From contig CATNEN010000001.1 in the NCBI GenBank assembly GCA_950097015.1, positions 9,858,001-9,922,000 of the forward strand: 64,000 bases of DNA. The letters are read 5' to 3'. Under the pieces are notes generated by a model. That model saw only the letters and a list, made by a program, of their open reading frames with translations. It ran no database searches and was not told the origin of the DNA. The DNA comes from Macrostomum hystrix (Eukaryota > Animalia > Platyhelminthes). Every line of letters starts with the position of its first letter. Position 1 is the first letter of the stretch. A program made the position numbers and the translations under genes. Shown here piece after piece: positions 1 through 13,673 of this stretch.

Positions 1-250
1 TCTAATGGGATCTCATACCATCCATCTCTAATGGGATCTCATACCATCCATCTCTAAAGGGATCTCATCCCATCCATCTCTAATGGGATCTCATCCCATC
101 CATCTCTAATGGGATCTCATACCATCCATCTCTAAAGGGATCTCATACCATCCATCTCTAATGGGATCTCATACCATCCATCTCTAATGGGATCTCATAC
201 CATCCATCTCTAAAGGGATCTCATACCATCCATCTCTAAAGGGATCTCAT
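1..250. repeat. 26-bp minisatellite (tctaatgggatctcataccatccatc)
   Basis: About 9 tandem copies, truncated by the window edge. Confidence 0.95.
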
Positions 251-1028
251 CCCTCCCAGCACATCCTCACATGTAATTATCATCCCCGTGGCCAATTTAA
301 TTCCGTCCAGTCGTCATTCATGCACAAACTTTATTTTAAAATACAATTGTCATCTATAATTTATTGATGTATACGAGCCCGTAGATGTCTCGTCTGTTAT
401 TTAATTTTAACAATAACTATCTATAGTAATTTCTGATTTTTTCAGATTTTATTATTTTTTCTCGCTGCAATTAAAGTTGCAAAAACTATCTGGAGCTGCA
501 ACTGCCTCATAACAAGAGGCAGAAAATAAAAAAGGATATTCCTGACGTTTTTTCACTCTTTTGCGTTTTTATTCTTTGAAAACCATTCACACTCTACTGT
601 TAGTAGACGATCGAACCATTCCGTTGCCTAAGCGGACTATAAAATAATTAAAAAATCGAAGCCAAGAATCGGACCAAGATCAGCCCTCTGCAGAAGCCTT
701 TGTAGTCTTATTTAAATTACTTTTTAGATGACAAAGGAGTTCGTTCATATCGTCGGTAATTATCAAACTATATTTTAAGAGTACTTTTCAGCACCAACGA
801 GTAAGTCTCGCTAAATAGAACGAACGAATTCCGACTTATAGTAGTATGTAAAAATTCACACAAAATCGACTCCATATGATATAAACAGTAGTTGAAAGAT
901 ACGAGCATTGTAGACTATTAATTCAGCTTCGTCGTGATTTTAATAATCTGCGAATGCAAATTAAATTGTTATCGAGGTAATCGAGCGTCAAAAAAATATT
1001 TGTGAAAATAATTTGCGAGTAAAAAGGT

Positions 1029-1099
1029 TGCATCGGCCGGGAATCGAACCCGGGCCGCCCGCGTGGCAGGCGAGCATTCTACCACTGAACCACCGATGC
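1029..1099 (-). tRNA. tRNA-Gly(GCC)
   Basis: Reverse complement GCATCGGTGGTTCAGTGGTAGAATGCTCGCCTGCCACGCGGGCGGCCCGGGTTCGATTCCCGGCCGATGCA; canonical 71-nt cloverleaf; T-run terminator at 1021-1025. Confidence 0.98.
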
Positions 1100-1792
1100 T
1101 TAGACTAAGTGTGTTAACTGAAGTATTTAAATAGCCTTTACCTGGTATCAGTGCGGCCTAATTGGCTGCCCATTTTCGTTGTGATAAAAGCTGCTGAGGT
1201 CGAGGAGCCTTCGAAAATGCACACTTACTAAAGCCATACAGTCAAGGTTTTCAGGCTGTGTCTTGCTTTCTGTCTCCCGGCAGCCAGACAATAGGAATGG
1301 AAGAAATTTTTAGTCAGCTGAATTTTAGTCATGCTCGGGGCTGCAGGCTGCAGCAGCAAATTGTGAAATTGCGAGCACGATAAAATGGTTTGAGAAGCTT
1401 GCTCAGCTTCGATACTATTTTTCTTTCTTGCCTCGTCTTGAGCAGGGTAAAGTGGTCGTTGTTAAGAGAGTGACGCGGTCGGATTGCTGCTTCATTGTCA
1501 GCTATCAGCTACAAATATGAAGACTTGAATGCGTCAATACAGCACTATTTTATTATTAGACTAAACTCGAAAGCTGAAAAATTAAAAATAGGACCAATTT
1601 AAAAAGTTGTCACTGTCGTCCTTATCCATGGCGTCTTCTAGAAGCCGTTCACCTTCGACCTCAGCCAGCTCATCTCGCATTATTTTGTCATCTCGCGGGT
1701 CCGGTAAATATTAATTAGAATGTTTAGCTTGTGATGTTTTAGAAAATCTCATTGATAGATAATAATGTTCAGGATGCTTCCCTGTGCCGCAA

Positions 1793-1863
1793 GCATCGGT
1801 GGTTCAGTGGTAGAATGCTCGCCTGCCACGCGGGCGGCCCGGGTTCGATTCCCGGCCGATGCA
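1793..1863 (+). tRNA. tRNA-Gly(GCC)
   Basis: Same 71-nt sequence as the 1029-1099 copy; T7 Pol III terminator at about 1870-1876. Confidence 0.98.
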
Positions 1864-2085
1864 ATTCAGTTTTTTTCGTTAGTGTTAATCAGTCTATGAT
1901 TTTACACAAAATAATACACAATTTTTTCCTAAAATGTGACCTCTGCCAAGTCCTTGACTTTAGTGAAGAAGTTTTAATAAAGTTTAACCTTTACTGGCTA
2001 TGGTCCTATGGATGATCTGTTGAAGGGCACATAAATTTCAACACCCAACACATTGTCCCATGTAAACATGTATTTATTCACACAG

Positions 2086-5000
2086 GTCGCATTTTAACCA
2101 GCGTTTCGTGTCAAGTTTGCGGCGACTACAGCAGCGGCAAGCATTACGGCATATATGCTTGCGACGGGTGAGTTGATTGTTAGTGTGTTGTCATGGCTAC
2201 GAGCTCTATATTTACTCAGTAGTGTTAATAAACACACCATTAAAAATATTCTTCCAACCTCCCGCAGCTGCGCCGGATTCTTTAAGCGATCGGTGCGCAG
2301 ACAGCACAAGTACACCTGTAAAGCGCTGGCCAATCAGGATTCGTCGGGCACGTCAGGAGAAGGCAGTGGCAATGCTGTCATTGGCAGCTGCCCGATAGAC
2401 AGAAATCAGAGAAATCAGTGTCGCTACTGTCGCATGAATACCTGCTTAAAAGCTGGCATGAGTACAGATGGTGAGTACAGTCCTGATTTAGTCTAGCAGC
2501 TGATGAGGTGTAGTTCTAGTTTCAGTCTAACAGCTGATGAGGTGTTCTAGTTTCAGTCTAACAGCTGATGAGGTGTCCTAGTTTCAGTCTAGCAGCTGAT
2601 GAGGTGTAGTTCTAGTTTCAGTCTAACAGCTGATGAGGTGTTCTAGTTTCAGTCTAACAGCTGATGAGGTGTTCTAGTTTCAGTCTAGCAGCTAATGAGG
2701 TGTAGTTCTAGTTTCAGTCTAACAGCTGATGAGGTGTTCTAGTTTCAGTCTAGCAGCTGATGAGGTGTAGTTCTAGTTTCAGTCTAACAGCTGATGAGGT
2801 GTCCTAGTTTCAGTCTAACAGCTGATGAGGTGTCCTAGTTTCAGTCTAACAGCTGATGAGGTGTTCTAGTTTCAGTCTAACAGCTGATGAGGTGTCCTAG
2901 TTTCAGTCTAGCAGCTGATGAGGTGTAGTTCTAGTTTCAGTCTAACAGCTGATGAGGTGTTCTAGTTTCAGTCTAACAGCTGATGAGGTGTTCTAGTTTC
3001 AGTCTAGCAGCTGATGAGGTGTAGTTCTAGTTTCAGTCTAACAGCTGATGAGGTGTTCTAGTTTCAGTCTAACAGCTGATGAGGTGTTCTAGTTTCAGTC
3101 TAACAGCTGATGAGGTGTCCTAGTTTCAGTCTAGCAGCTGATGAGGTGTAGTTCTAGTTTCAGTCTAACAGCTGATGAGGTGTTCTAGTTTCAGTCTAGC
3201 AGCTGATGAGGTGTAGTTCTAGTTTCAGTCTAACAGCCGATGAGGTGTAGTTCTAGTTTCAGTCTAACAGCTGATGAGGTGTTCTAGTTTCAGTCTAACA
3301 GCTGATGAGGTGTAGTTCTAGTTTCAGTCTAACAGCTGATGAGGTGTAGTTCTAGTTTCAGTCTAACAGCTGATGAGGTGTAGTTCTAGTTTCAGTCTAA
3401 CAGCTGATGAGGTGTAGTTCTAGTTTCAGTCTAACAGCTGATAAGGTGTTCTAGTTTCAGTCTAACAGCTGATGAGGTGTAGTTCTAGTTTCAGTCTAAC
3501 AGCTGATGAGGTGTAGTTCTAGTTTCAGTCTAGCAGCTGATGAGGTGTTCTAGTTTCAGTCTAACAGCTGATGAGGTGTTCTAGTTTCAGTCTAGCAGCT
3601 GATGAGGTGTAGTTCTAGTTTCAGTCTAACAGCTGATGAGGTGTTCTAGTTTCAGTCTAGCAGCTGATGAGGTGTTCTAGTTTCATGTCAGCCAGAGTTT
3701 TTTTGTGTCAAACTTGGCTTTAAACAACGGCTATTTATTTGTGCCGTAGCACGTACATCGGACATTATGTAGGCCAAATACTCGTACAAACAATGACCCT
3801 TTTACGACCCCGTTCCATTCTGCGCAGATTGGACACGTGTTGCTTTGTCATCTGAAATAATACAATATGCTACCTTAAGAACAAGATGCAGGGATGAACG
3901 CTGAGAAAAAGTTGTTTATAAGTCAAACTCATGCAGCGTGGCTTCTGTATTAAAGCAGTTTGCACCGGTCGGCTCATGAAATTCTCTCTCTTCTTCTCTT
4001 TGTTCTTCTGTTCTCAATAGTCGACTCAAATGGAGCTAAAAAGTCACTCACAATAGTTAAGACTTGTCGACGACTCGTTAGAGTTGAATAAAAAAGATTG
4101 CACAGACTAAGACTCATTGTAGCTAGATCTGGCAAAGATTGATTCTATAAAAATTAAACTCACTGCTGAGGTAAAAAAGACAGGTTAGCATTTAGAAGGA
4201 ATTGTGACGATGACTGGCAAGACAGATTTCGTCAAGTGAGCCCCAGGAACGCTACCAAAATGAGGCGAACCTCAACGCACACTCTACAATGGAAATAATA
4301 GTCCTGCTATTTGGAGTTTAGAGACCATTTTATTATTCGTCACAAGATTGCTAACCTGGTGTGTTCTTTCCGATACTTAAGAAGCCGTTTTATATAAAAC
4401 TGTCTATAGTGATGAGGCACCAAAAAAAGAAAGATAAACGCGGTAAAGAGACTTTATGGAGCCTCACAATTGGATGGCGAAATTTACGAATTAAACTTTT
4501 TTCGGACAGCTCACAAGTTAATTGTGAGGGTACTAGTCGAAATTGCCCTATTGGAATCGATAAGTTTACACTTGCATAACGCACTTATAGGGATGAAAAT
4601 ATTTCTAACTTGATAAAATGTCATGTGTCTCATTTGTTTCAGGTGTGTCTTATTTGGTTCAGAGGTCTCGTTTGATTCAGAGGTGTCCCATTTGTTTCAG
4701 GTGTGTCTTATTTGGTTCAGAGGTCTCGTTTGATTCAGAGGTGTCTCGTTTGGTTCAGAGGTGTCCCATTTGTTTCAGGTGTGTCTTATTTGGTTCAGAG
4801 GTCTCGTTTGATTCAGAGGTGTCTCGTTTGGTTCAGGTTTGTCTTATTTGGTTCACAGGTCTCGTTTGATTCAGAGGTGTCTCATTTGTTTCAGAGGTGT
4901 CTCGTTTGATTCAGAGGTGTCTCATTTGGTTCTGAGGTGTCGCATTTGGTTCAGAGGTGTCTAATTTGGTTCAGAGGTGTCTCGTTTGATTCAGAGGTGT

Positions 5001-6722
5001 CTCATTTGTTTCAGGTGTGTCTTATTTGGTTCAGAGGTCTCGTTTGATTCAGAGGTGTCTCGTTTGGTTCAGGTTTGTCTTATTTGGTTCACAGGTCTCG
5101 TTTGATTCAGAGGTGTCTCATTTGTTTCAGAGGTGTCTCGTTTGATTCAGAGGTGTCTCATTTGGTTCTGAGGTGTCGCATTTGGTTCAGAGGTGTCTAA
5201 TTTGGTTCAGAGGTGTCTCGTTTGATTCAGAGGTGTCTCATTTGTTTCAGGTGTGTCTTATTTGGTTCAGAGGTCTCGTTTGATTCAGAGGTGTCTCGTT
5301 TGGTTCAGATGTGTCTCGTTTGGTTCAGAGGTGTCTCGTTTGGTTCAGAGGTGTCTCGTTTGGTTCAGAGGTGTCTCGTTTGGTTCAGAGGTGTCTCTGT
5401 TGATTCAGAGGTGTCTCGTTTGGTTCAGAGGTGTCTCGTTTGGTTCAGAGGTGTCTCGTTTGGTTCAGAGGTGTCTCGTTTGGTTCTGAGGTGTCTCATT
5501 TGGTTTAGAAAGGTGTCATATGTTGTTTTCTTTTCTGCATTCCCTCAGCCGTTCAGCAGGAGCGGGGTCCCAGGAAGTCTCAGCAGCCACCAGCCGCATC
5601 CAAGTCTATCAAGATGATGAAACCTGGCAAGTCAACGACTGTTGCTAAGCAGCCGCTGCCACCGCCGCCGCCGCCGCCGCAGCCACCCCTGCCGATGCTG
5701 ACGCCAGCTCCATCGCAGCAACAGTTTCAACAGTCGCCCCAGACTTCGTCGACCTATTCAACAGTGATGTCAACTGGCCGAGACGAGTTGGCTGCTCGCC
5801 TTCTGTTCCTCCTGTGCAAATGGGCAGCCGGACTGCCTGCCTACCGCAGTCTGGGTTTGCTCGACCGCGCCATCCTCGCCAGGTCCAGCTGGCGGACTCT
5901 GTTCCTGCTCACCGCTGCGCAGGCTCGCTTTCCAGCTTTGGCGGCTGGCGACCCGCGCCCAACAACAGGAACTTCGCCGAGCGATGAGACGGACGCTGCG
6001 TCGGCAATGGCAGCAGCCGCTTCAGCGGTCTCGGTCCTGGCCGATATGATGGCCGAATTCGAAGCTCTACAGGTGCAACCGGGAGAACTCGCCTGCCTAC
6101 AGGGTCTGGCCCTGTTCAGGACAGGTGAGTGCTGCTGAGCTGTACCGCATGTACTCGGAAACTGTTTCGGAAATTTCGCTACTTTTCTGAAGAACGCTGA
6201 TGGGCATCAAAACAAAAATGCTTCCGATAAAACCAGATATTTGGGGGCTGAGATGTGCCATTGCCAGCAGCCCTGCAATTATAATTATTATTTCACCAGA
6301 TATTGTTCCGTAAGACACTCCGAAAACGATTAGTTTATGAAACTTTCTTCAGTACCCTACTGCAAGTAGCAAATAAAGTAAAAGGCAAAACAAGTCCTAA
6401 AAACGCGCAAAAAAACGTTCATAATTTTTGTTTTCCAGTCGGCGTTTCAACCTCGGCCTCGTCCGCACGCACAATTACCGACCTGCGCGATCAGATGCTG
6501 ACGGCTTTGAACTCGGAGGCAACCAGTGCGGCTTCGGCTAGCGTGGCAGCCACCGCGGCAGCCGCCACAGCCAGCACTTACAATCGTGTCGGCCGGCTGC
6601 TGTTGCTGTTGCAGGCGGCCTCTAGTGTGTCGCCCCTGGGTCTGCACGCCGCATTCTTTCGTGAGTTGGACAGCCTGGCAGCTCTGGACAATCTGGTGGT
6701 GGACATGCTGCTGGGTAGCTGA
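2086..6722 (+). CDS. tll: Tailless/TLX (NR2E)-like nuclear receptor; exons 2086-2167, 2268-2470, 5549-6124, 6439-6722 (start-codon exon not located)
   Basis: Spliced [30 protein letters not shown]|[11 protein letters not shown]...[27 protein letters not shown]|[10 protein letters not shown] (tailless-type P-box CDGCAG and T-box). LBD motifs [34 protein letters not shown] junctions are phase-consistent. Confidence 0.85.
2487..3685. repeat. 31/34-bp intronic minisatellite (gtttcagtctaacagctgatgaggtg[tag]ttcta)
   Basis: More than 35 tandem copies in the nuclear receptor intron. Confidence 0.95.
4622..5505. repeat. ~20-bp intronic minisatellite (ttggttcagaggtgtctcgt)
   Basis: Tandem array with variant units, ending shortly before the 5549 splice acceptor. 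Confidence 0.95.
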
Positions 6723-6904
6723 GCTTGGAGAGCCGCTGTGCTTCAGCTGCCAAATCACAATGATTGGTTTTGTGTTGCCACCTTGACTTTTGTAGATGCT
6801 TTTTAGAGACAAATGTTACTAGCACACCTGTGTTTCTGATTCATATGAATAGTTGTTTATTTCCTATAATCTACTTTAGTTATTCTATTTTCTCCTCCTC
6901 TAAC

Positions 6905-7325
6905 CCACTCCTTACCTTCCTCTCCCCCACTCCTTACCTTCCTCTCCCCACTCCTTACCTTCCTCTCCCCACTCCTTACCTTCCTCTCGCCACTCCTTAC
7001 CTTCCTCTCCCCACTCCTTACTTTCCTCTCCCCACTCCTTACCTTCCTCTCCCCCACTCCTTACTTTCCTCTCCCCCACTCCTTACCTTCCTCTCCCCAC
7101 TCCTTACCTTCCTCTCCCCACTCCTTACCTTCCTCTCCCCACTCCTTACCTTCCTCTCCCCACTCCTCTTCCTTCCTCTCCCCACTCCTCTTCCTTCCTC
7201 TCCCCACTCCTCTTCCTTCCTCTCCCCACTCCTTACCTTCCTCTCCCCACTCCTCTTCCTTCCTCTCCCCACTCCTTACCTTCCTCTCTCGATCCACATT
7301 CTCTCTTTCCTCTTCCCCACTCCTC
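6905..7325. repeat. 21-bp pyrimidine-rich minisatellite (ccccactccttaccttcctct)
   Basis: Tandem copies visible. Confidence 0.95.
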
Positions 7326-7854
7326 TGCATCCGCCTCCATCTCCTATTTTTGTTACCTGTCGCGTCGAAAGGCTATCCATATTATTCTTAGTTCTAGTTT
7401 TCTCTTCCTGAAATACCAAGTTATGGCCAATAATTTGCTTAGATTATTTTCTATGAATGGTCGCGTGATTTTATAAGTTCGTTTTAAATGCTACAATACT
7501 CGTAATGGTATGCCGCGTACCATGTAGTGCTTCGGTTTTGTTTTTCCAGAAGTGTTTGCATCTAGATGAACAAATACTCAAGAAATGATTTTTTGCTAAA
7601 CATGTCATGCATCAATGAAATACTCGTTTTTAATACTCGAACACAATTCCCTTAATCCAATTAAAATTTATACTCCTATAAGCAATTAAGCAATGCAGAA
7701 TTTTACTTCACTAATTAAGCTGTAAAACTCTTGATCTATGACTACTTTTATGACTTTGAGACAATGAGGAAATGTGAGAAGAGAGGGTGTGGGACGGGAT
7801 AATTTGGGATGAAATAAACAAAGATGTATTAATCTAGGATTGGATCATCAAGGA

Positions 7855-8265
7855 TGGGATAATCTAGTATAGGATAAACAAGTAGAGGATAATCTAGGAT
7901 AGGATAATCTAGGATTAGGATAATCTAGTGTGGGATCATCTAGGATGGGATCATCTAGGATAGGATCATCTAGGATAAGATCATCTAGGATAGGATCATC
8001 TAGGATAGGATCATCTAGGATAGGATCATCTAGGATAGGATCATCTAGGATAGGATCATCTAGGATAAGATCATCTAGGATAGGATCATCTAGGATAGGA
8101 TCATCTAGGATAGGATCATCTAGGATAGGATCATCTAGGATAGGATCATCTAGGATAGGATCATCTAGGATAGGATCATCTAGGATAGGATCATCTAGGA
8201 TAGGATCATCTAGGATAAGATCATCTAGGATAGGATCATCTAGGGTAGGATCATCTAGGATAGGA
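7855..8265. repeat. 15-bp minisatellite (ggataggatcatcta)
   Basis: Tandem copies visible. Confidence 0.95.
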
Positions 8266-9399
8266 TTTCGACGATGCTGACTCGGAAGCATCGAAAGTTA
8301 GTTCATCGTAATGGGCGAAAATTTAGATCCGCATGGTGGACTTACACAAAATCGATGATTTGGTTTGGGAGCTATCGTGAGTGAGGCTCCCGTGATCTTT
8401 CCCTGAAGGGAAAACAGCACGTTCTTTGTAACTGGGAAAATGGCATCACAGTTTGTGAGGGCTGTTTTAGGATGGGGATTTAGTAATTCTAACTTCTTTT
8501 TTGTAGCAATAGAACTGTTTCAGTTGTTCTGCAAAAGCCAAGAGTTCAGGCGCGGCACCCTTAAAACAAGTACGCTTGGCATTGGCACATGCACTCCAAT
8601 CATTTGACTGCCAATCATAATTCTCTTACGATGGTCCGAAATAACAAACTCTGAAGGACAATGATCCACTAAAGTCCAGCTGTGCTCACTGACAACTCAT
8701 GAAACGGCGCTGGGGTGTGTTGAAGCACTAGAACGGTTCAGTTATAGCATCCCATTCTCGTACACTACAGTCTCAGATGGTTTGCTTTGAGAGTGCAAGT
8801 TCTGTTCAACACAGGACCTGCGTTCTGCTCAGTTTGTCTTCCTCGCCGCCTATTAAATACGTTTGCAGATGCATAGAGACAATGGCTTTGCTCAATGTGC
8901 ATAGCTGTGCAAGCCGTTTAGCATCATGGTATTCTGTTGTTGTGGACTCCAAATCCGTCTCTGGCCTGGGTTGGGAGAATGGGAACGACGGTGAGGGTAG
9001 AAAGATAGCAGGTTGCAGTTGATTGGTGGAACAGACTGGAGGGCATCACTGTCTAGTGCTGCAATTTTTATTGGATTGTACCTCCAGCTCTCAGGGATTT
9101 CACCTGCAACGACCGGGTAGTTTAGATAGCCGTACATTGGCTGAATAGTGCTCTGCAACTTGAGGAAAAAACGCAAGCGGTCCAGAAACTGAATTAAGGA
9201 GGCGAGAGAGGCAATTGCAGAATTGTAGTGGAGAGCCACCCTGTACTTTTCTCTTCCCTCTCAAACCCCACCGCGCCCGCCCTGCCCTGCATTTTTCATT
9301 GTTTTAAACACGGAGACTCAAGACCTGCAGGTAGGTCTGAAGTCCCGCTCTTAGGCCTCAGGACAGGAGAGGGACAGCGATGCCCTGTGGTCTCTCAGC

Positions 9400-11273
9400 A
9401 TGGCTGAAAATGAAACAGAACGACCTTTTGACATCCCGATAGATACTTCGCTCATCTCGCCACCGAGTACAGCCGTGGTGGCGATTCGAACCATTGTCCT
9501 GTCGCTAATTCTGCTGTCTTCATTCGCTGGAAACGCATTGCTGCTGGCAACTCTGATCTACAGTCGAACTTTGCGCCGGCGTTCGGCTCACCGGTTGCTT
9601 AGCAACGCATGCGTGGCCAACCTTTTCGACCTGTTGTGCAACTGCACCGTCGCCATCGGCGCATCCGTGTCTAGCGCTGCCAACACGGCCAGTCAGCACC
9701 GACAGGCTCCGTGGTCTGAAGCTGCCTGCAAGTTCACGGCTTTCACTCTGCTATTCGGCGACCATCTGCCGCTCTTCTGCCTTCTCTGCCTGGCCTCCGA
9801 CCGGCTGTGGGCCGTCGCAGATGCCGACAGCTATCGGAGGCGGTGTCGCGTAGCCGCCGTGTCGCTGGCTGGGGCTGCCGTCTGGCTGGCGGCCTTCTCC
9901 ATCAGCCTGCCAGCCTGGACATCGTCGAACACGGTGCCAGTGGCGTTCTATCCAGGACGGCTGACCTGTAGCCCGGCTCCGGGAACACCGCTGTCTTACG
10001 CCATCCTGCTGCTGTGTATCGGCTTCGTCCTGCCGCTGATCGGCACGGCGGTAACTCTGGTTGCCTCCCTGAGACTGGTTGTCGGCGGTTCCGCTTCGAC
10101 CGCCTCAGCCTCGCAGCTGGCGCTGGCCTCCGCATCCGGTGTCTCGGCGGCGTCGTCCGCCGTTGCGGTTGCCGGAGCTCTGGCCGCTGTCGCCAATGGA
10201 GGCGACGGAGGGGCTGTGGATGCGCCGCGCCAGATGGTGCATGAGGTGAGAGCAGCAGAATTGTAGAATTGTACTAATCACTAATTGAGGTGCAATTCTG
10301 CCTGTTTCGGTGACCCTTCACATTCATTCATTCCCGTTCACATTGATTACGAACGCAGGCGCACACTCATACTGGTGTGTACATCTGCCGAGACTTTCTC
10401 TTCTTCAGGCAGTGTACACTATCACTGCGCCTTGGAGGTTGGCCCTCATAAGTGTAAATTTCACGACAAGCACCCTAGCCTTCTCTCTGCGGCTGCGCCC
10501 CAAATACATGTGGTCTCGCTGCAGAAACGATTTTAGTACCTTGGTGCGAGAGGCAAACCCGTTAGAGCTTTGGGCTGCTGACCGAGACTCTACTGAAAAT
10601 TATATTCCTCCATGCTCTTAATTTATTTCCTAGTACAAATCGTGCAACGCAATAGCTCCAGCAATGTCACACTGCCATGTACAGCTGGCCATCAAAGTGG
10701 TGCTAAAATTTTAGCGTCGTTTTGTGTGACGATGATCGGAGGGTTTTGAATAAGCGCTCACTCATTCCGAACGCACACACGCAGACTCGCCGGCATCAAC
10801 GACTGAGCCGTCAGAACTCGTCGGCCTCGGTGTCAGCCTCGGCCGGGCCGCTAGCTACCTTGGCGGGCTGGCTGACTGCAGCCTGGCTGCTTCTGGTCGG
10901 TCCCTACGCCTCTCTGATCTCAGCCGATCGGGTCAAGGTTGCCGCATCTGCAGCAACTGCGCCAGCGGTTGCTACGGCCAGCGGCAACGCTCCCGTGGCG
11001 AATTCAACTTTGGCCGAAGCGCTGGAGACGGCCGCCCTGGCGCTGCGCCTGGCCTACGGGCCCGCCTTGCCAGCCCTGGTGCTAGCCCTGAGACCGGAGG
11101 TGCGCAGGAAACTCTCCGGCATGCTCAACTCGGCCCTGAGAAGCGGAGGCACCGGCACTGGCACCGGCGGAGGCATCAGCAGTGGCGGCGTTTGTAACGG
11201 AAGTAAAGCTGCGTCTGAAAATGAATGCAGGTCAGCTCAGCAGTTTGACCAACAGGAAAAACCTGTCAGAGGA

Positions 11274-11309
<36 letters not shown>

Positions 11310-11570
11310 CAGCAACAACAAAGACATCTCCAAAATAACAATGGCTCAGCCTCTGTGAATCCATTAGCGGGAACACAGGTGCGCCGAGCGAAGCTTCTGA
11401 CGTTGGCGCCGGTGCTTTTCGCCACCAAGGACGGCCTGCACCAGCAGATGGCCAACAGCCCGCAGCCGGTGCGCTGCGATGTTGTCGCAGAGGATGCGAT
11501 CGCGGCAAAGCAACAGCAGAGGAAATCGGTGAGGTTTGCGCGTCAGCTAGATCCTCTATCACCACCTCTT

Positions 11571-11605
<35 letters not shown>

Positions 11606-11915
11606 ACACAGACGGCGGCACATAAGCCGTCGAGAAAGGCGCGCAGCCGCTGCCGCCGCTGCTGCCGCTGCTGCCGCGGCAAAGCAGGCGTCAACACAGC
11701 CACAGCCACCTCTGCCAACGTCGATGCAGTTTCGCAGACCGCAGACAGCGGTCTCAACAAGTGGCAGGACGTCGATGGCATCGGACCCGCTCGGTCCAGA
11801 CGCTTCAGTCAATCGTCGACCTAGATCTGCAGTCAGACGACTCAGACAGAACTCCGTGGAGCCACCACCAGCGGCGCAGTTGTCGAAGCTGCCAGTGCAG
11901 TCTTCAAAGGCTTGA
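9400..11915 (+). CDS. Orphan class A (rhodopsin-like) GPCR; exons 9400-10245 and 10785-11915
   Basis: TM1 GN (FAGNALL), TM2 ANLFD, TM3 Cys and SDRL (DRY-like), TM4 W..P, ECL2 Cys, TM5 FVLP. Phase-0 GTGAG donor at 10246 joins in frame to the CAG acceptor at 10784. TM6/7-like segments and a long polyQ/polyA tail follow. Confidence 0.8.
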
Positions 11916-13673
11916 TCAGTTTTCGTCATAAATTACAACCACTAGATTGAGTCAAAGTTGAAACCGCCAGAGTTTACTTTGCCGTGTTGGAAAAATTTCC
12001 TATAAATTTTCGTGTCTTGGTGGACGAGCGCAAAAATACGGCGTCGTGGCTTGTCATTTTCTCAACTAAAGGGTTTAATAGTTTTTTTCTAAACTGATCT
12101 GCGGGGACGAGAGAAATAGACGTGGAGCTGAGTGTACATAAACGGGTAAGAAAACTGTCTACAGATGTACATTCGTCCTCGGGGGACGAGAAGGGGTGGG
12201 CGTGGGCCTGGTTAGAAAGCGGCCATAAGTGTACATTCTTAATTAAGACAAACGGGAAACGAATAGAATTGGGGTGGCTTGCGAATGTACATCTGGGTTT
12301 TGAAAAATTAAAGAACTCGTAGGTTAAGCGATGTTTTTAAGGCTTTGCTGTGACGCTATAAAATAGACCATAAAGCTATAATATCATATCATTAGCATAG
12401 CATTAGAATATACTTTTCTGCCTAGATTTCTAGAAGTTTTCACTTGCCATATGTCAAAATGCGTCTCTCAGTCATCATCTTTAATTGCAGATTGAATATA
12501 ATCTTTTCCCTAATTTGAGTAGTCGAGTATCAACGAATTTCAATAGCAATTCACATTCTTTTCTGAAGCATTCAACAAAAGAATATTTTTTTCTTGAACT
12601 CATATCGTGTTTTTCTTGTGCAAAATTTGCCAATTACACTTTTCAACTCAGTTTTTTTTCTTGTTGTTTTCATGTACTTCTAGTGCCACTTAAAAGTCTA
12701 TTTTGAGCGAATGTTTTGTTAAAGTATGATATTTTTATTGCCCTTTTAAAATCTCAATTTTTTCATTCGAGCGACCTTTTCAAAGCAAACGCAGAGAAAT
12801 CGTGAAATCATGAAAGGTGTTCACTTGTGTCACAAATAACGTGTCAAATGCGATACTTGAATATTTTTCCAAAAAAATTATGTAAACTAATGTTACGAGT
12901 CAAAACACGAGTCTTATATTATAGACTTCTGGAGTTTTTAAATTAGTAAACCAATTTGCTTCCAAAATTAATTCTATCGTTTTATCGTTCTCCACAAATC
13001 GATAATGTACATCACATGCACACTTCTAGGTCTAGAATGCAACGCTATGTACGAAAATGTCTCGTATATTCGAAAAAGTATATTTGATTTAATCGATTAG
13101 ATTTATAGATTAGATTAGTTACAATAGTAAATTTACAGTAGGTTTAGTCGAAGATGTCCATTGTATACATATGTAAATGTACAATTTATGTACAATTAAA
13201 TATTTTAATTCGAGACAAGAAAAGTTTTTCAAAAGATTTACACCTGCAGATATAAACTATAAGTGTAATATAATAGTGACATTTAAATTCTCAATGATGG
13301 ACATTAGAAATGACGAAAGGCACTGTACTCTAATGTAAAATAAGCCTAAAATGGAACCGATTCAACCAGAAAGTGTCACATCCATCTACACAGCTAAGCA
13401 TCGTCTATTGTTTTACTAAGCCTGCACGATAGACAAGAATAGTTGTGAAATGCATGTAAGCTGACTATAAAGGCATCGTGGTGAGACAGTTAGGTGAAAG
13501 TGGGAGAATGAGTGAATTTCTGATGGATTCAAAGAGTGCATGTGAGGCCTCAATAATGGAATTTCCGGATGTCAATCAACCGGTGCAGCCTTGCAGCAGA
13601 ATCTTGCAGGGAAAGTACAAATGTGTCTCTTAGCGTTGTTGCCAAGGTGTCTTTTTTCTTAAATATAAACTGA

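Noticed and set aside
1752-2015. 87-aa ORF
   Set aside because: Overlaps the tRNA-Gly gene; spurious
2487-3685. CTGATGAG in every repeat unit, suggesting tandem hammerhead ribozymes
   Set aside because: No GAAA core on the same strand and no compatible stems
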